Shown: positions 9,616 to 19,510, counted from the stretch's first letter. The stretch is 64,000 nucleotides of DNA from Alphaproteobacteria bacterium (GCA_965222215.1 OZ244931.1:2426375-2490374); one strand, 5' to 3'. Notes: a model not told the origin generated them from the sequence alone. Numbers and translations are program-made.

Positions 9616-10358
9616 TCCGGGCCACCCTCACCGTCCTCGCGCTATTTGCGTTGTTGCAGATGCCCGCCGACGCGGCGCGCGACGACTCGCTCGTTGCCGA
9701 CCTCAGCCAGGACATGATCGGCATCAGCACAGGCTTCACAGGCGCGAGCGTGCTCCTGTTCGGCGCAACCGACGGGACCGGCGACGTGGCCGTGGTGGTC
9801 CGCGCACCCAACAGCAGCGTTGTGGTCCGCCGGAAAGAACGGATCGCAGGCATCTGGGTCAACTCGGACGAACTCACCTTCGATGACGCGCCAGGCTTTT
9901 ATCATGTCGCGGCATCGAATCCTCTCGACGAGCTCTTGCCCAAGGCGATTCTCGAGGCCAACGAGATCGGCGTCGAGAATATCGGGTTCAACCCGCATGC
10001 GTTCCTCTCGGACACGGAAGAAACCGCGTTCCGAAACGCTCTCGTGCGCAACAAGCAGCGCGCCGGGCTCTACTCCGAACACACCGGCAACATCTCCTTC
10101 CGGGGAGAGCGGCTGTTCCGTACCAGGCTGGAACTGCCCGCGAATGTCCCCACCGGCACCTTTGCCGTATCCGTCTACCTGATCCAGGACGGCCGGATCG
10201 TCGACTGGTCGACGACCAACCTTTCGGTCGAGAAAGTGGGCTTCGAGGCGAAGCTGACGGAATTCGCGTTCGAGCAGGCACCGCTCTACGGCCTGATTGC
10301 CATCCTGATCGCCCTCTTCGCCGGCTGGTTCGCCGGCTTCGTGTTCCGTAAGGTTTGA
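9612..10358 (+). CDS. exported protein with C-terminal TM anchor; resembles the alphaproteobacterial putative TM family often encoded next to DUF81 permeases (TIGR02186-like, tentative)
   Basis: Signal peptide, C-terminal hydrophobic helix 'LYGLIAILIALFAGWFAGFVF'; 4-nt overlaps with flanking genes. Confidence 0.5.
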   Translation: MIRATLTVLALFALLQMPADAARDDSLVADLSQDMIGISTGFTGASVLLFGATDGTGDVAVVVRAPNSSVVVRRKERIAGIWVNSDELTFDDAPGFYHVAASNPLDELLPKAILEANEIGVENIGFNPHAFLSDTEETAFRNALVRNKQRAGLYSEHTGNISFRGERLFRTRLELPANVPTGTFAVSVYLIQDGRIVDWSTTNLSVEKVGFEAKLTEFAFEQAPLYGLIAILIALFAGWFAGFVFRKV

Positions 10359-10882
10359 TGGCCATGAGCAATTCGCAGAGCATCGATGAACCGGAATATG
10401 GAACCAACGCCGTGGGTGGGCGCTCGGCCGTTTTCCTCGTGGTGGTCGACAACACGCCGGAGATGGGCGTCGCCCTGCGCTGGGCGAGTTTGCGCGCGCG
10501 ACGCACCGGCGGCCGTGTCGGCCTCGTCCGAGTTATACGCCCGGCGGATTTCCAGCACTGGGCCGCGGTCGGCAACCTGATGAGCGCGGAAGCGCGCGAG
10601 GAAGCCGAGCAACTGCTGATGGAGCACGCGGCGGAAGTGTTCCGGCTCTACGGCGGCATGCCCGTGCTTTATCTGCGCGAAGGCGAGACCCGCGATGCCG
10701 TTGTCGAGCTGATCCAGGAAGACGAAGATATCCGCATTCTCGTGCTTGCGGCATCGACTAACCGGCGGGGTCCAGGTCCGCTGATCACGCACCTGACAAA
10801 AAAGGCGATCAGCCAGCTTCGCATCCCCGTCACCATCGTGCCGGGCGGGCTCACCGACGAGCAGATCGACCGTCTGGTTTGA
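10358..10882 (+). CDS. universal stress protein (UspA) family protein
   Basis: ~175 aa; alpha/beta Usp-like pattern (VVVDNTPE..., ILVLAAS...G...HLTKKA...); start overlaps the upstream stop. Confidence 0.55.
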   Translation: MAMSNSQSIDEPEYGTNAVGGRSAVFLVVVDNTPEMGVALRWASLRARRTGGRVGLVRVIRPADFQHWAAVGNLMSAEAREEAEQLLMEHAAEVFRLYGGMPVLYLREGETRDAVVELIQEDEDIRILVLAASTNRRGPGPLITHLTKKAISQLRIPVTIVPGGLTDEQIDRLV

Positions 10883-10891
10883 TGAGGTTTT

Positions 10892-13828
10892 ATGCCTGAC
10901 GATATTCGCTCAGACGAAAAATACGAGAATGTCGATATGTCTCCGCCCGTCTCCGACGAGGTGAAGACAACGACCTGCTACATGTGCGCCTGCCGCTGCG
11001 GTATCAACGTCCACCTCAAGGACGGCGCGATCCGCTATATCGAGGGCAACAGGGACCATCCGGTGAACAAGGGCGTGCTGTGCGCCAAGGGTTCGGCCGG
11101 GATCATGCAGCACCTCTCCCCCGCCCGGCTGGCACAGCCCCTGCGTCGCGTGGGCCCGCGCGGCTCGGGTGAATTCGAAGCCATCTCCTGGGACGAGGCC
11201 CTCGCGACCGCCACGCAATGGCTGTCGGAAGTCCGCTACACCGATCCGAAGAAGCTCGCCTTTTTCACGGGACGCGACCAGAGCCAGTCACTGACCGGCT
11301 TCTGGGCCACCCAGTTCGGCACGCCCAATCATGCGGCCCATGGCGGGTTCTGTTCGGTCAACATGGCGGCCGCCGGCATCTACTCCATCGGCGGGTCGTT
11401 TTGGGAATTCGGCGAACCCGACTGGGAACACACCCGCTACTTCCTGATGTTCGGGGTGGCGGAGGATCACGATTCCAACCCCATCAAGGCCGGGCTGGGG
11501 CACCTCAAGACGGCCGGCAAGGCCAAGTTCGTATCCGTGAATCCCGTCCGCACCGGCTATTCGGCGATCGCCGACGAATGGATCGGCATTCGCCCGGGCA
11601 GCGATGGGCTGTTCGTCATGGCGCTGATCCATGAACTCCTTCGGACCGGCCAGGTCGATCTCGAATATCTGGCGCGCTACACCAACGCCCACTGGCTCGT
11701 GCGCCATGCGCCCGGCACGGCGGATCACGGCCTTTTCGTCCGCGGCCGCAACGGGCAGCCGCTTGCCTACGACCGAAAGACCGACCAGCTCCTCGATGCG
11801 TCGCGCACGGACATCGATCCGGCGATGCGCGGGCGCTTTCCCCTTCACGAGTCCGCCCCCGGCGACAGCGGGACCGATGCCGAAGCTGTCCCGGCATTCG
11901 AATTGATGCTCGAACGTTATCTGGATGCGCGCTACAGCCCGGATGCCGTTGCGGCGCAGACCGGAATCGAGGCCGACACCATTCGCCGCATCGCCGCCGA
12001 ACTGGCCCACGCGGCCTTCGAGCAGGAGATCACCCTCGACGTGCCGTGGATCGACTGGGCCGGGCGCCGCCACGAAAAAATGACGGGCCGCCCGGTCGCC
12101 ATGCATGCGATGCGCGGGATTTCCGCACATTCGAACGGTTTTCAGACCTGCCGGGCGATCCACCTGCTCCAGATGCTGCTGGGCAGCATCGATTGCCCGG
12201 GCGGCTTCCGCTACAAGCCGCCCTTCCCGCGCCCCGCCCCGCCCGGCCCGAAACCCGCCGGCAAGCCCCATCAGGTAAAGGCCGGATCGCCCATGGGCGG
12301 GCCGCCGCTCGGGTTTGTCACGGGACCGGACGACCTGCTGGTCGATGACGCCGGTCAGGCGCTGCGGATCGACAAGGCATATTCGTGGGACGCCCCCGTC
12401 GCGGCGCACGGACTGATGCACACCGTCATCCGGAACGCATGGGCAGGAGATCCCTACCCGATCGAGGTTCTGTTTATGTTCATGGCGAACATGAGCTGGA
12501 ACTCGTCGATGAACACGACCGAGACCGCCAAAATGCTCACGGATGTCGACCCGGACACCGGCGAGTACAAAATTCCCAAGATTATTTACTCGGACGCGTT
12601 CCAGTCGGAGATGGTCGCCTACGCCGACCTGATCCTGCCGGACACGACCTATCTGGAGCGCTGGGACTGCATCAGCCTGCTCGACCGGCCGATCAGCAAC
12701 GCCGACGGCCCCGCCGATGCCATCCGTCAGCCCGTGACCCCGCCCGATCGCGATGTCCGGCCGTTTCAGGACGTCCTGATCGACCTCGGCGTGCGGCTCG
12801 GCCTGCCCGCCTTCTCGGACGAGGACGGCAACGCGAAGTACCCGGGCGGATATCCGGATTATCTGGCGAACCACGAACGCGCGCCGGGGATCGGGCCGCT
12901 CGCGGGCTGGCGCGGCGAGGACGGCGACAGTCACGGGCGCGGCAAGGCGAACTCCGACCAGCTCGCGCGCTACATCGAGAACGGGTGTTTCTGGTCGGGC
13001 GAGTTCACGCCGGAACAGCGCTACTACAAGCACGCCAACCGGTCCTACCTGGACCACGCCGAGCAGATGGGATGGATCGCCTCGGCCGACCAGATCGTGT
13101 TGCAGCTCTATTCGGAACCCATGCAGCGGTTCAAGCTGGCCGGACAGGGTTTCGGCAACGTGCTGCCCCCTGTCAGGTATCGCGAGCGCATCGCCGAATG
13201 TTTCGACCCGCTGCCGATCTGGTACGCCCCGTTTGAGGACGGCCACACCGACCCGGCCGCGTTTCCCATTCACGCGCTGACCCAGCGACCGATGGCGATG
13301 TACCACTCCTGGGGCTCGCAGAACGCCTGGCTCCGGCAGATTCACGGCTGGAACAAGCTCTACATGAACCGCAAGACCGGCGAGGGCCATGGCCTCACGG
13401 ACGGCGACAAGGTTCGGGTCGAAAGCCCGTACGGGTCGGTGAACGCGGTGATTTCCCTGATGGAAGGCTGCAACACCGACACGGTCTGGACGTGGAACGC
13501 CATCGGCAAGAAAAAGGGCGCGTGGAACCTGTCCAGGGACGCGCCGGAATCCAACAAGGGCTTCCTGCTCAATCACCTGATTACCGATCTGCTGCCGCCG
13601 CGCGACGGCTACCGTTTCGCAAACGCCGACCCGATCACGGGGCAGGCCGCCTGGTTCGATCTGCGCGTGCGCGTGGTCAAGGACGATGGCGCGGAACTCG
13701 GCGACGGCAGCCGAAAGGCCGTTCCCCGTGCGCCGGGCGTCAAGCCCGCGAAACGGCAATCGCGGTACGGCAGCCAGTTTCTTCCCAAAGGGAGCTGGCG
13801 GCGCAAGCGTGGCGAGCGCGGCTCATGA
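10892..13828 (+). CDS. molybdopterin (bis-MGD) oxidoreductase catalytic subunit, no Tat signal; best matches SoeA-type cytoplasmic sulfite dehydrogenase (alternatives: Psr/Phs/Ttr-type)
   Basis: 978 aa; N-terminal 4Fe-4S motif 'CYMCACRCG...C'; no RRxFLK twin-arginine motif; followed by FeS and membrane-anchor subunits in SoeABC order and sizes. Confidence 0.75.
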   Translation: MPDDIRSDEKYENVDMSPPVSDEVKTTTCYMCACRCGINVHLKDGAIRYIEGNRDHPVNKGVLCAKGSAGIMQHLSPARLAQPLRRVGPRGSGEFEAISWDEALATATQWLSEVRYTDPKKLAFFTGRDQSQSLTGFWATQFGTPNHAAHGGFCSVNMAAAGIYSIGGSFWEFGEPDWEHTRYFLMFGVAEDHDSNPIKAGLGHLKTAGKAKFVSVNPVRTGYSAIADEWIGIRPGSDGLFVMALIHELLRTGQVDLEYLARYTNAHWLVRHAPGTADHGLFVRGRNGQPLAYDRKTDQLLDASRTDIDPAMRGRFPLHESAPGDSGTDAEAVPAFELMLERYLDARYSPDAVAAQTGIEADTIRRIAAELAHAAFEQEITLDVPWIDWAGRRHEKMTGRPVAMHAMRGISAHSNGFQTCRAIHLLQMLLGSIDCPGGFRYKPPFPRPAPPGPKPAGKPHQVKAGSPMGGPPLGFVTGPDDLLVDDAGQALRIDKAYSWDAPVAAHGLMHTVIRNAWAGDPYPIEVLFMFMANMSWNSSMNTTETAKMLTDVDPDTGEYKIPKIIYSDAFQSEMVAYADLILPDTTYLERWDCISLLDRPISNADGPADAIRQPVTPPDRDVRPFQDVLIDLGVRLGLPAFSDEDGNAKYPGGYPDYLANHERAPGIGPLAGWRGEDGDSHGRGKANSDQLARYIENGCFWSGEFTPEQRYYKHANRSYLDHAEQMGWIASADQIVLQLYSEPMQRFKLAGQGFGNVLPPVRYRERIAECFDPLPIWYAPFEDGHTDPAAFPIHALTQRPMAMYHSWGSQNAWLRQIHGWNKLYMNRKTGEGHGLTDGDKVRVESPYGSVNAVISLMEGCNTDTVWTWNAIGKKKGAWNLSRDAPESNKGFLLNHLITDLLPPRDGYRFANADPITGQAAWFDLRVRVVKDDGAELGDGSRKAVPRAPGVKPAKRQSRYGSQFLPKGSWRRKRGERGS

Positions 13829-14571
13829 CCAGTCTTCCAACATCAAGTGCCGGCAAGAAACTCGGGCTGGTGATCGATCTTGATATCTGCGTCGGCTGTC
13901 ATGCCTGCGCGGTGAACTGCAAGGAATGGAACACCGGCGGCCATTCCGCGCCGCTGACCGACGAGGAACCCTACGGCGCGGACCCGCTCGGCGTGTGGTT
14001 CAACCGCATTCACACGTTCGAGGCCGGTGACGGCGCCAACGGCCGCACCGTGCATTTCCCGCGAAGCTGCCTGCACTGCGAGGAGCCCGCCTGCGTGACT
14101 GTGTGCCCCACCGGCGCGTCCTACAAGCGCGAGGCGGACGGCATCGTGCTGGTCAACGCCGATACCTGCATCGGCTGCAAGCTCTGTTCCTGGGCCTGCC
14201 CCTATGGCGCGCGCGAATACGACTACGCCGACGGCGTGATGAAGAAATGCACGCTCTGCATCGACCGGATCGAGAACCAGAACCTCCCCGAGGCCGACCG
14301 CGTCCCGGCCTGCGTCTCCACCTGTCCGGCCTCCGCGCGCCATTTCGGCGACCTCGGCGACCCGGATTCCGACGTCAGCCGGATGGTTGAGGAACGCGGC
14401 GGTTACGAGCTGATGCCCGAAATGGAGATGAAGCCCGTCAACCGCTACCTCCCGCCGCGCGCCCCCGCTCATGCCCAGGAGAGCACTGTTTCCGCGGTTT
14501 CCCAGCCGGACACGGTCGGCGGCACCGGCAGCCGTTTCCTCGACTGGGTCGACCGCACTTTGTCCCGTTAG
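13825..14571 (+). CDS. 4Fe-4S ferredoxin-type subunit of the Mo-oxidoreductase (DmsB/PsrB/SoeB-like)
   Basis: 248 aa with four Cys clusters (CVGCHAC..C, CLHCEEPAC..C, CIGCKLCSWAC, CTLCIDR); ATGA overlap with the alpha subunit. Confidence 0.8.
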   Translation: MTSLPTSSAGKKLGLVIDLDICVGCHACAVNCKEWNTGGHSAPLTDEEPYGADPLGVWFNRIHTFEAGDGANGRTVHFPRSCLHCEEPACVTVCPTGASYKREADGIVLVNADTCIGCKLCSWACPYGAREYDYADGVMKKCTLCIDRIENQNLPEADRVPACVSTCPASARHFGDLGDPDSDVSRMVEERGGYELMPEMEMKPVNRYLPPRAPAHAQESTVSAVSQPDTVGGTGSRFLDWVDRTLSR

Positions 14572-14584
14572 TCACAAATCATCC

Positions 14585-15532
14585 ATGCATCCAGCTTACT
14601 CAGTTATTTTTTTCACCAGTTTTTCCGGCGCCGGCTACGGCGCACTGGTGTGGCTTGCCGCGCTTGCGGCGAGCGGACGCGTGCCGGCCGCGACGGGAAG
14701 CGGGTTGCTGATATTCGCGGTGTCTCTCGGATTGATCACGGCCGGCCTGCTTTCCTCGACGCTCCACCTTGGCCATCCGGAACGCGCTTGGCGCGCGCTG
14801 TCCCAGTGGCGGTCGTCCTGGCTGTCGCGTGAGGGTGTTGCGGCGATCGTGACCTACGCCCCTGCGCTGCTGTTTGCACTGGGCTGGGTCGTCTTCGAAA
14901 GCAACACAGGCGTCTGGGGGATCGCGGGGATCGCCGCTGCGGTTGCCGCCGTCATCACCGTTGCCTGCACCGGCATGATCTACGCCAGCCTGCGCGCGAT
15001 TCCGCGCTGGACCGATATCACCGTCGTCCCGCTCTACGTGGCGTTTGCGCTCGCTACCGGGGGCGCGCTGACATTCACGGCGTTCGCGATCGTCGACACC
15101 CCGGACAACGCGTGGGCGCTGGCCATCGCGGCCGTCATCGCCGCGACATGGCTGCTGAAGCTGACCTACTGGCGACGGATCGACACCGCCGCCCCGGTCG
15201 CCACCGCGGAATCCGCGACCGGCCTCGGCCATATCGGCGACGTGCGCCTGTTCGAGGCGCCGCACACGGGCGAGAACTACATCATGCGCGAAATGGGATA
15301 CCGGATCGCGCGCAAGCACGCGACGAAGCTGCGGCTGATCGCTGTGGCAATCGGCGGCGTGGCGCCGGTCCTGTGCTTTACGGCATCTTCCGCGCTCGCG
15401 GGCGGCGCACTGGCAGCCGTGGCGAGCGTCGGCCTCATCGCCCTCGGGGCGGGCACCCTGATCGAACGCTGGCTCTTTTTTGCCGAGGCCCGTCATGCTT
15501 CGATGCTCTACTACGGCCTGTCCGAAGTGTAG
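14585..15532 (+). CDS. integral-membrane anchor subunit of the Mo-oxidoreductase (DmsC/NrfD/SoeC-type)
   Basis: ~315 aa; ~8 predicted hydrophobic helices; immediately downstream of the FeS subunit. Confidence 0.7.
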   Translation: MHPAYSVIFFTSFSGAGYGALVWLAALAASGRVPAATGSGLLIFAVSLGLITAGLLSSTLHLGHPERAWRALSQWRSSWLSREGVAAIVTYAPALLFALGWVVFESNTGVWGIAGIAAAVAAVITVACTGMIYASLRAIPRWTDITVVPLYVAFALATGGALTFTAFAIVDTPDNAWALAIAAVIAATWLLKLTYWRRIDTAAPVATAESATGLGHIGDVRLFEAPHTGENYIMREMGYRIARKHATKLRLIAVAIGGVAPVLCFTASSALAGGALAAVASVGLIALGAGTLIERWLFFAEARHASMLYYGLSEV

Positions 15533-15541
15533 GAGCCGTTC

Positions 15542-16474
15542 ATGGCGGAAGTCATCTGCGTCGGCGTCGCGTTTCTGGATCATGTCTTCGAAGCCGACAA
15601 ACCGGCCTCGAACGACAGCAAGACCTTCGCGCGGGAATACGCCCAGTCCGGCGGCGGCATGGCGGCGACCGCCAGCGTCGCCGTATCCCTGCTGGGCGGG
15701 AAGGCCATTCTATGGGGCCGCCTCGGCGATGACGAGGTGGGAGACACGATCCTCGACGGTCTCGCGCATCGCGGTGTCCAGATCGAGTTCATCCGCCGCA
15801 TTCCGGGCGCCCAGTCGCCGGTCTCCTCCGTCGTCGTCGGTGAGCAGGGCGTTCGCCAGGCCATCGTTTTCCCCGGGCGGGGCCTCGACAACGATCCCAG
15901 CTGGCTGCCGCTCGACCGGATCGCCGACACGAGCGCGCTCCTGGTCGACCCGCGCTGGCCCGAGGCCGCGATGGCCGCGCTCGAGCGCGCACGTTCAAAC
16001 CAGATCCCGGCAGTCCTGGATGCGGATGTCGGCCCGCAGCCGGTGCCGCGCGAGCTGGTGGAGCTCTGCAGCCACGCGGTTTTCTCTCTCGCCGGCCTCG
16101 CCCAGTTCGCCGATACGTCCGATATCGACGGCGGTCTCAGGAAAGCGCAGGAAGCCACCGATGCGGTGGTCGCAACCACCGCCGGTTCGCAAGGGTTCTA
16201 CTGGCTGGATTCGGAAAGCAGCCAGACAAAGCATGTACCGGCCATGGATGTGAGCCCGATCGACACACTCGGCGCGGGCGACGTCTTCCACGGCGCCTTT
16301 GCGCTTGCCGTGGGCGAGGGCAAGGACACCGATACCGCCGCGCGCTTCGCCAATATCGCCGCCGGCCTCAAATGCGCGCGCCCCGGCGGGCGGGATGCGA
16401 TCCCGTCGCGTTCGGAGGTGTGGGGGGTTCTGGAGGAGTCCGGCGAAACGAGCCCGCCAGCGCCGGCATCCTGA
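15542..16474 (+). CDS. PfkB-family (ribokinase-like) carbohydrate/nucleoside kinase
   Basis: N-terminal 'VICVGVAFLDHVF' and C-terminal 'DTLGAGDVFHGAF' PfkB signatures; SD 'aggag'; 9 nt after the anchor subunit. Confidence 0.7.
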   Translation: MAEVICVGVAFLDHVFEADKPASNDSKTFAREYAQSGGGMAATASVAVSLLGGKAILWGRLGDDEVGDTILDGLAHRGVQIEFIRRIPGAQSPVSSVVVGEQGVRQAIVFPGRGLDNDPSWLPLDRIADTSALLVDPRWPEAAMAALERARSNQIPAVLDADVGPQPVPRELVELCSHAVFSLAGLAQFADTSDIDGGLRKAQEATDAVVATTAGSQGFYWLDSESSQTKHVPAMDVSPIDTLGAGDVFHGAFALAVGEGKDTDTAARFANIAAGLKCARPGGRDAIPSRSEVWGVLEESGETSPPAPAS

Positions 16475-17231
16475 TGGGGCCCTCGATGGACTGGGTGACG
16501 AACTGGCGGACATAGGCGTTGTCGGTCTCGTCCAGTTCCTCGACCGGGCCGTTCCAGACCACCCGGCCCTCGTGCAACATCACAACGCTGTCGGCAATGT
16601 TGCGGACCACGGCCAGGTCGCTGACAACCGAGATCACGGTCGCGCCAAGGTCGTCGACCCGGTCGTTGATCAGTTCGCTGATGATGTTGCTCATGATCGG
16701 GTCGAGGCCCGAGGTCGGCTCGTCGAGGAACAGGATATCGGGGTCGGTGGCAATCGCCCGCGCGAGGCCCACGCGCTTCTGCATGCCACCGGACAGTTCG
16801 GACGGGTAGAGATCCGCCGTGTCCGGGGTCAGGCCCACCTGCCCCAGTTTCTCGGTGGCCGTGTCGCGCGCCTGCGTGCGGCCGGCTCCGTGTTCGTGCA
16901 GGAGGCGGAAGGCGACGTTTTCCCAGACGAGCATGCTGTCGAACAGGCCCTGGCGCTGGAACAGCACGCCGAAGCGTTTCATCCATTCCATCCGGTCGCG
17001 TTCCGGCATGCCGACCGTGTCTTCGCCGTCCACCTCGATGACACCGGAATCGGGCGGGACGAGGCCGAGGATGCATTTGAGGAGGAGCGACTTGCCGCTG
17101 CCCGACCCGCCGATCAGAACCAGCGACTGCCGTGGTGCCAACGTCAGGTCGACGGCATCGAGGGCGCGGACGCCGTCGAACGACCGCGTGACACCCTCGA
17201 GCCGGATCTTGGCCTGATCGCCGCCGGTCAC
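16368..17231 (-). CDS. ABC transporter ATP-binding protein (MlaF/Ttg2A-like); no permease gene adjacent
   Basis: Walker A 'GGSGSGKS', signature 'LSGGMQKRVGLARA', Walker B 'ILFLDEPTSGLD'; GTG start overlaps the mmsA stop. Confidence 0.8.
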   Translation of the reverse strand: MTGGDQAKIRLEGVTRSFDGVRALDAVDLTLAPRQSLVLIGGSGSGKSLLLKCILGLVPPDSGVIEVDGEDTVGMPERDRMEWMKRFGVLFQRQGLFDSMLVWENVAFRLLHEHGAGRTQARDTATEKLGQVGLTPDTADLYPSELSGGMQKRVGLARAIATDPDILFLDEPTSGLDPIMSNIISELINDRVDDLGATVISVVSDLAVVRNIADSVVMLHEGRVVWNGPVEELDETDNAYVRQFVTQSIEGPIRMPALAGSFRRTPPEPPTPPNATGSHPARRGARI

Positions 17232-18727
17232 TGCATCGTCGGCATGGTCAGGCTGTGGCCCTCGCGCACGCCCGACTTGGGCCAGCGCGAGGTGATCGCC
17301 TTCTGCCGGGTGTAGAAGCGAACGCCTTCCATGCCGTGCATGTGCATGTCACCGAAAAGCGAGCGCTTCCAGCCGCCGAAGCTGTGATAGGCCACCGGCA
17401 CGGGGATCGGGACATTCACGCCGACCATGCCGATCTGGACCCGCTCGGCAAAATCGCGCGCAGCGTCGCCGTCGCGGGTGAAGATGGCGGTGCCGTTGCC
17501 GTACTCGTTGCGGTTCACGAGGTCGACGGCGCTCTCATAGTCGTGCGAGCGAACGACGGACAGGACCGGGCCGAAAATCTCTTCCTTGTAGACGGCCATG
17601 TCCTCGGTGACGTTGTCGAACAGGGTGCCGCCCATGAAATATCCGTTCTCGTAGCCCTGCATCTTGAAGCCGCGGCCGTCGACGGCCAGCGTTGCGCCTT
17701 CCTTCTCACCCTGGTCGATCAGGTTGAGAATGCGTTCGTGGGCCTGCTTGGTGACCACGGGGCCCATTTCGATGCCGTCGCCGTTGCCCGGGCCGATCTT
17801 GAGTTCCTGGATCTTGGGCACGAGCCGCTCGACCAGCGCGTCGCCGGTCTCGTCACCGACCGCAACGGCCACGGAGACCGCCATGCAACGCTGACCGGCG
17901 GACCCGTAGCCCGCGCTGATCAGCGCATCGGCCGCCTGATCCATGTCCGCATCGGGCATAACCACCATGTGGTTCTTCGCACCGCCCAGCGCCTGGACGC
18001 GTTTGCCGTGCTCGGCCGCCGTCGAATAGATGTACTGCGCCACCGGCGTCGAGCCGACGAAGGACACCGCATCGATGCCTTCGTGGGTCAGGATCGCATC
18101 GACGGCTTCCTTGTCGCCGTTGACAAGATTGACCACACCCTCCGGCACGCCGGCTTCATGGGCGAGTTCAACCAGCCGGATCGGGCAGGACGGATCGCGT
18201 TCGGACGGCTTCAGGATGAAGGTGTTGCCGCAGGCAATCGATAGCGGGAACATCCACAGCGGGATCATCGCCGGAAAGTTGAACGGCGTGATGCCGGCAC
18301 ACACGCCAACCGGCTGGCGGATCGAATAGGCGTCCACCCCGGTGCCGACATCCTCTGTGAAGTCACCGCGCAGCAGGTGCGGGATGCCGCAGGCGAACTC
18401 GACGACCTCGCGGCCGCGCAGGATGTCGCCCTTTGCGTCCTCGATGGTCTTGCCGTGTTCGCTGGTGATCATCTCGGCAAGTTCCTGCTCGTTCGCGAGG
18501 ATCAGCTCGTTAAAACGGAACATCATCCGGGCACGTCGCAGCGGCGGCGTGGCGGACCATTCCGGAAGCGCGGCCTTCGCTGCGGCGACAGCGGCATCGA
18601 CGTCGTCCTGGTTCGCCAGCGCCACGTCGGCTGTTTGTTCGCCTGTCGCAGGATTGAACACGGGGCCGGTCCGGCCCGAGCCACCGTTTGTGCTTTCGCC
18701 GTTGATCACATGACCCAGGGATTTCAT
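17228..18727 (-). CDS. mmsA: methylmalonate-semialdehyde dehydrogenase (CoA-acylating)
   Basis: ~499 aa ALDH with MmsA-typical segments (FNPATGE, ITPFNFPAMIP, catalytic Cys 'GQRCMA'); start at second ATG after SD 'gaggaga'. Confidence 0.85.
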   Translation of the reverse strand: MKSLGHVINGESTNGGSGRTGPVFNPATGEQTADVALANQDDVDAAVAAAKAALPEWSATPPLRRARMMFRFNELILANEQELAEMITSEHGKTIEDAKGDILRGREVVEFACGIPHLLRGDFTEDVGTGVDAYSIRQPVGVCAGITPFNFPAMIPLWMFPLSIACGNTFILKPSERDPSCPIRLVELAHEAGVPEGVVNLVNGDKEAVDAILTHEGIDAVSFVGSTPVAQYIYSTAAEHGKRVQALGGAKNHMVVMPDADMDQAADALISAGYGSAGQRCMAVSVAVAVGDETGDALVERLVPKIQELKIGPGNGDGIEMGPVVTKQAHERILNLIDQGEKEGATLAVDGRGFKMQGYENGYFMGGTLFDNVTEDMAVYKEEIFGPVLSVVRSHDYESAVDLVNRNEYGNGTAIFTRDGDAARDFAERVQIGMVGVNVPIPVPVAYHSFGGWKRSLFGDMHMHGMEGVRFYTRQKAITSRWPKSGVREGHSLTMPTMQ

Positions 18728-18834
18728 GGACTGTCTCCTCATGCGGAATTACCGGGCGGAAACCGCCCGCTGTTCGTTGCCGCGACTATACAGGGGGATG
18801 GGAAACGGGCGAAAGGCCCGCAATGCGAAAAGGG

Positions 18835-19329
18835 CTAGTCGCCCGCCGCGGCGAGCTTACCTAGCTGGCCGCGGAAGAAGGTCAGCGGCTCGCCCTCGTT
18901 CGTCTCGTAGCGTTCGACCTCGCCGACGATGATCATGTGGTCGCCGCCTTCGTGGTGCACGACGTTCTTGCATTCGAAGCGCGCGAGGCACCCGTCGAGC
19001 AGCGGCGCGCCGCCCAGACCTTCGGAATAGTCGACATTGCCGAACTTGTCGGTGCCCGACTTGGCGAACGCCATGCACTGCTCACCCTGGTTCTCACTCA
19101 GGATATGGACACAGAAATGGCTGGAATTCTCGAGGATCGGCAGGCTCGGGGAACTCTTGTCGATGCTCCACAGGACGAGCGGGGGTTCGAGGGAGACCGA
19201 GTTGAACGAGTTGGCCGTGACCCCCACCAGTTCCCCATTCGGACCTTTGGCGGTGATGATCGTGACACCGGTAGCAAAGTTCCCGAGCGCGTTGCGGAAT
19301 TCGCGGGTATCGAACGGGGTTTCGGGCAT
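18835..19329 (-). CDS. flavin reductase (NAD(P)H:FMN oxidoreductase, HpaC-like) family protein
   Basis: 'FRNALGNFATGVTIITA...SFNSVSLEPPLVLWSI' flavin-reductase-like domain signature. Confidence 0.75.
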   Translation of the reverse strand: MPETPFDTREFRNALGNFATGVTIITAKGPNGELVGVTANSFNSVSLEPPLVLWSIDKSSPSLPILENSSHFCVHILSENQGEQCMAFAKSGTDKFGNVDYSEGLGGAPLLDGCLARFECKNVVHHEGGDHMIIVGEVERYETNEGEPLTFFRGQLGKLAAAGD

Positions 19330-19510
19330 CGGCGGACCTCTTGTTCCTCTGCCCACCGGATAGCGCGGGCATTTCTGACTGGCATGATTTAGCGTTCCCG
19401 CGAATGCAAAAGCAACCGCCGCCGCGGATCAGTTCTCGTGCGCCACGGGAAAACGCCATCGTGCATAATGCTGTTTGCTACAAGCACGGATTTGCAAGGA
19501 AACCCGCACC

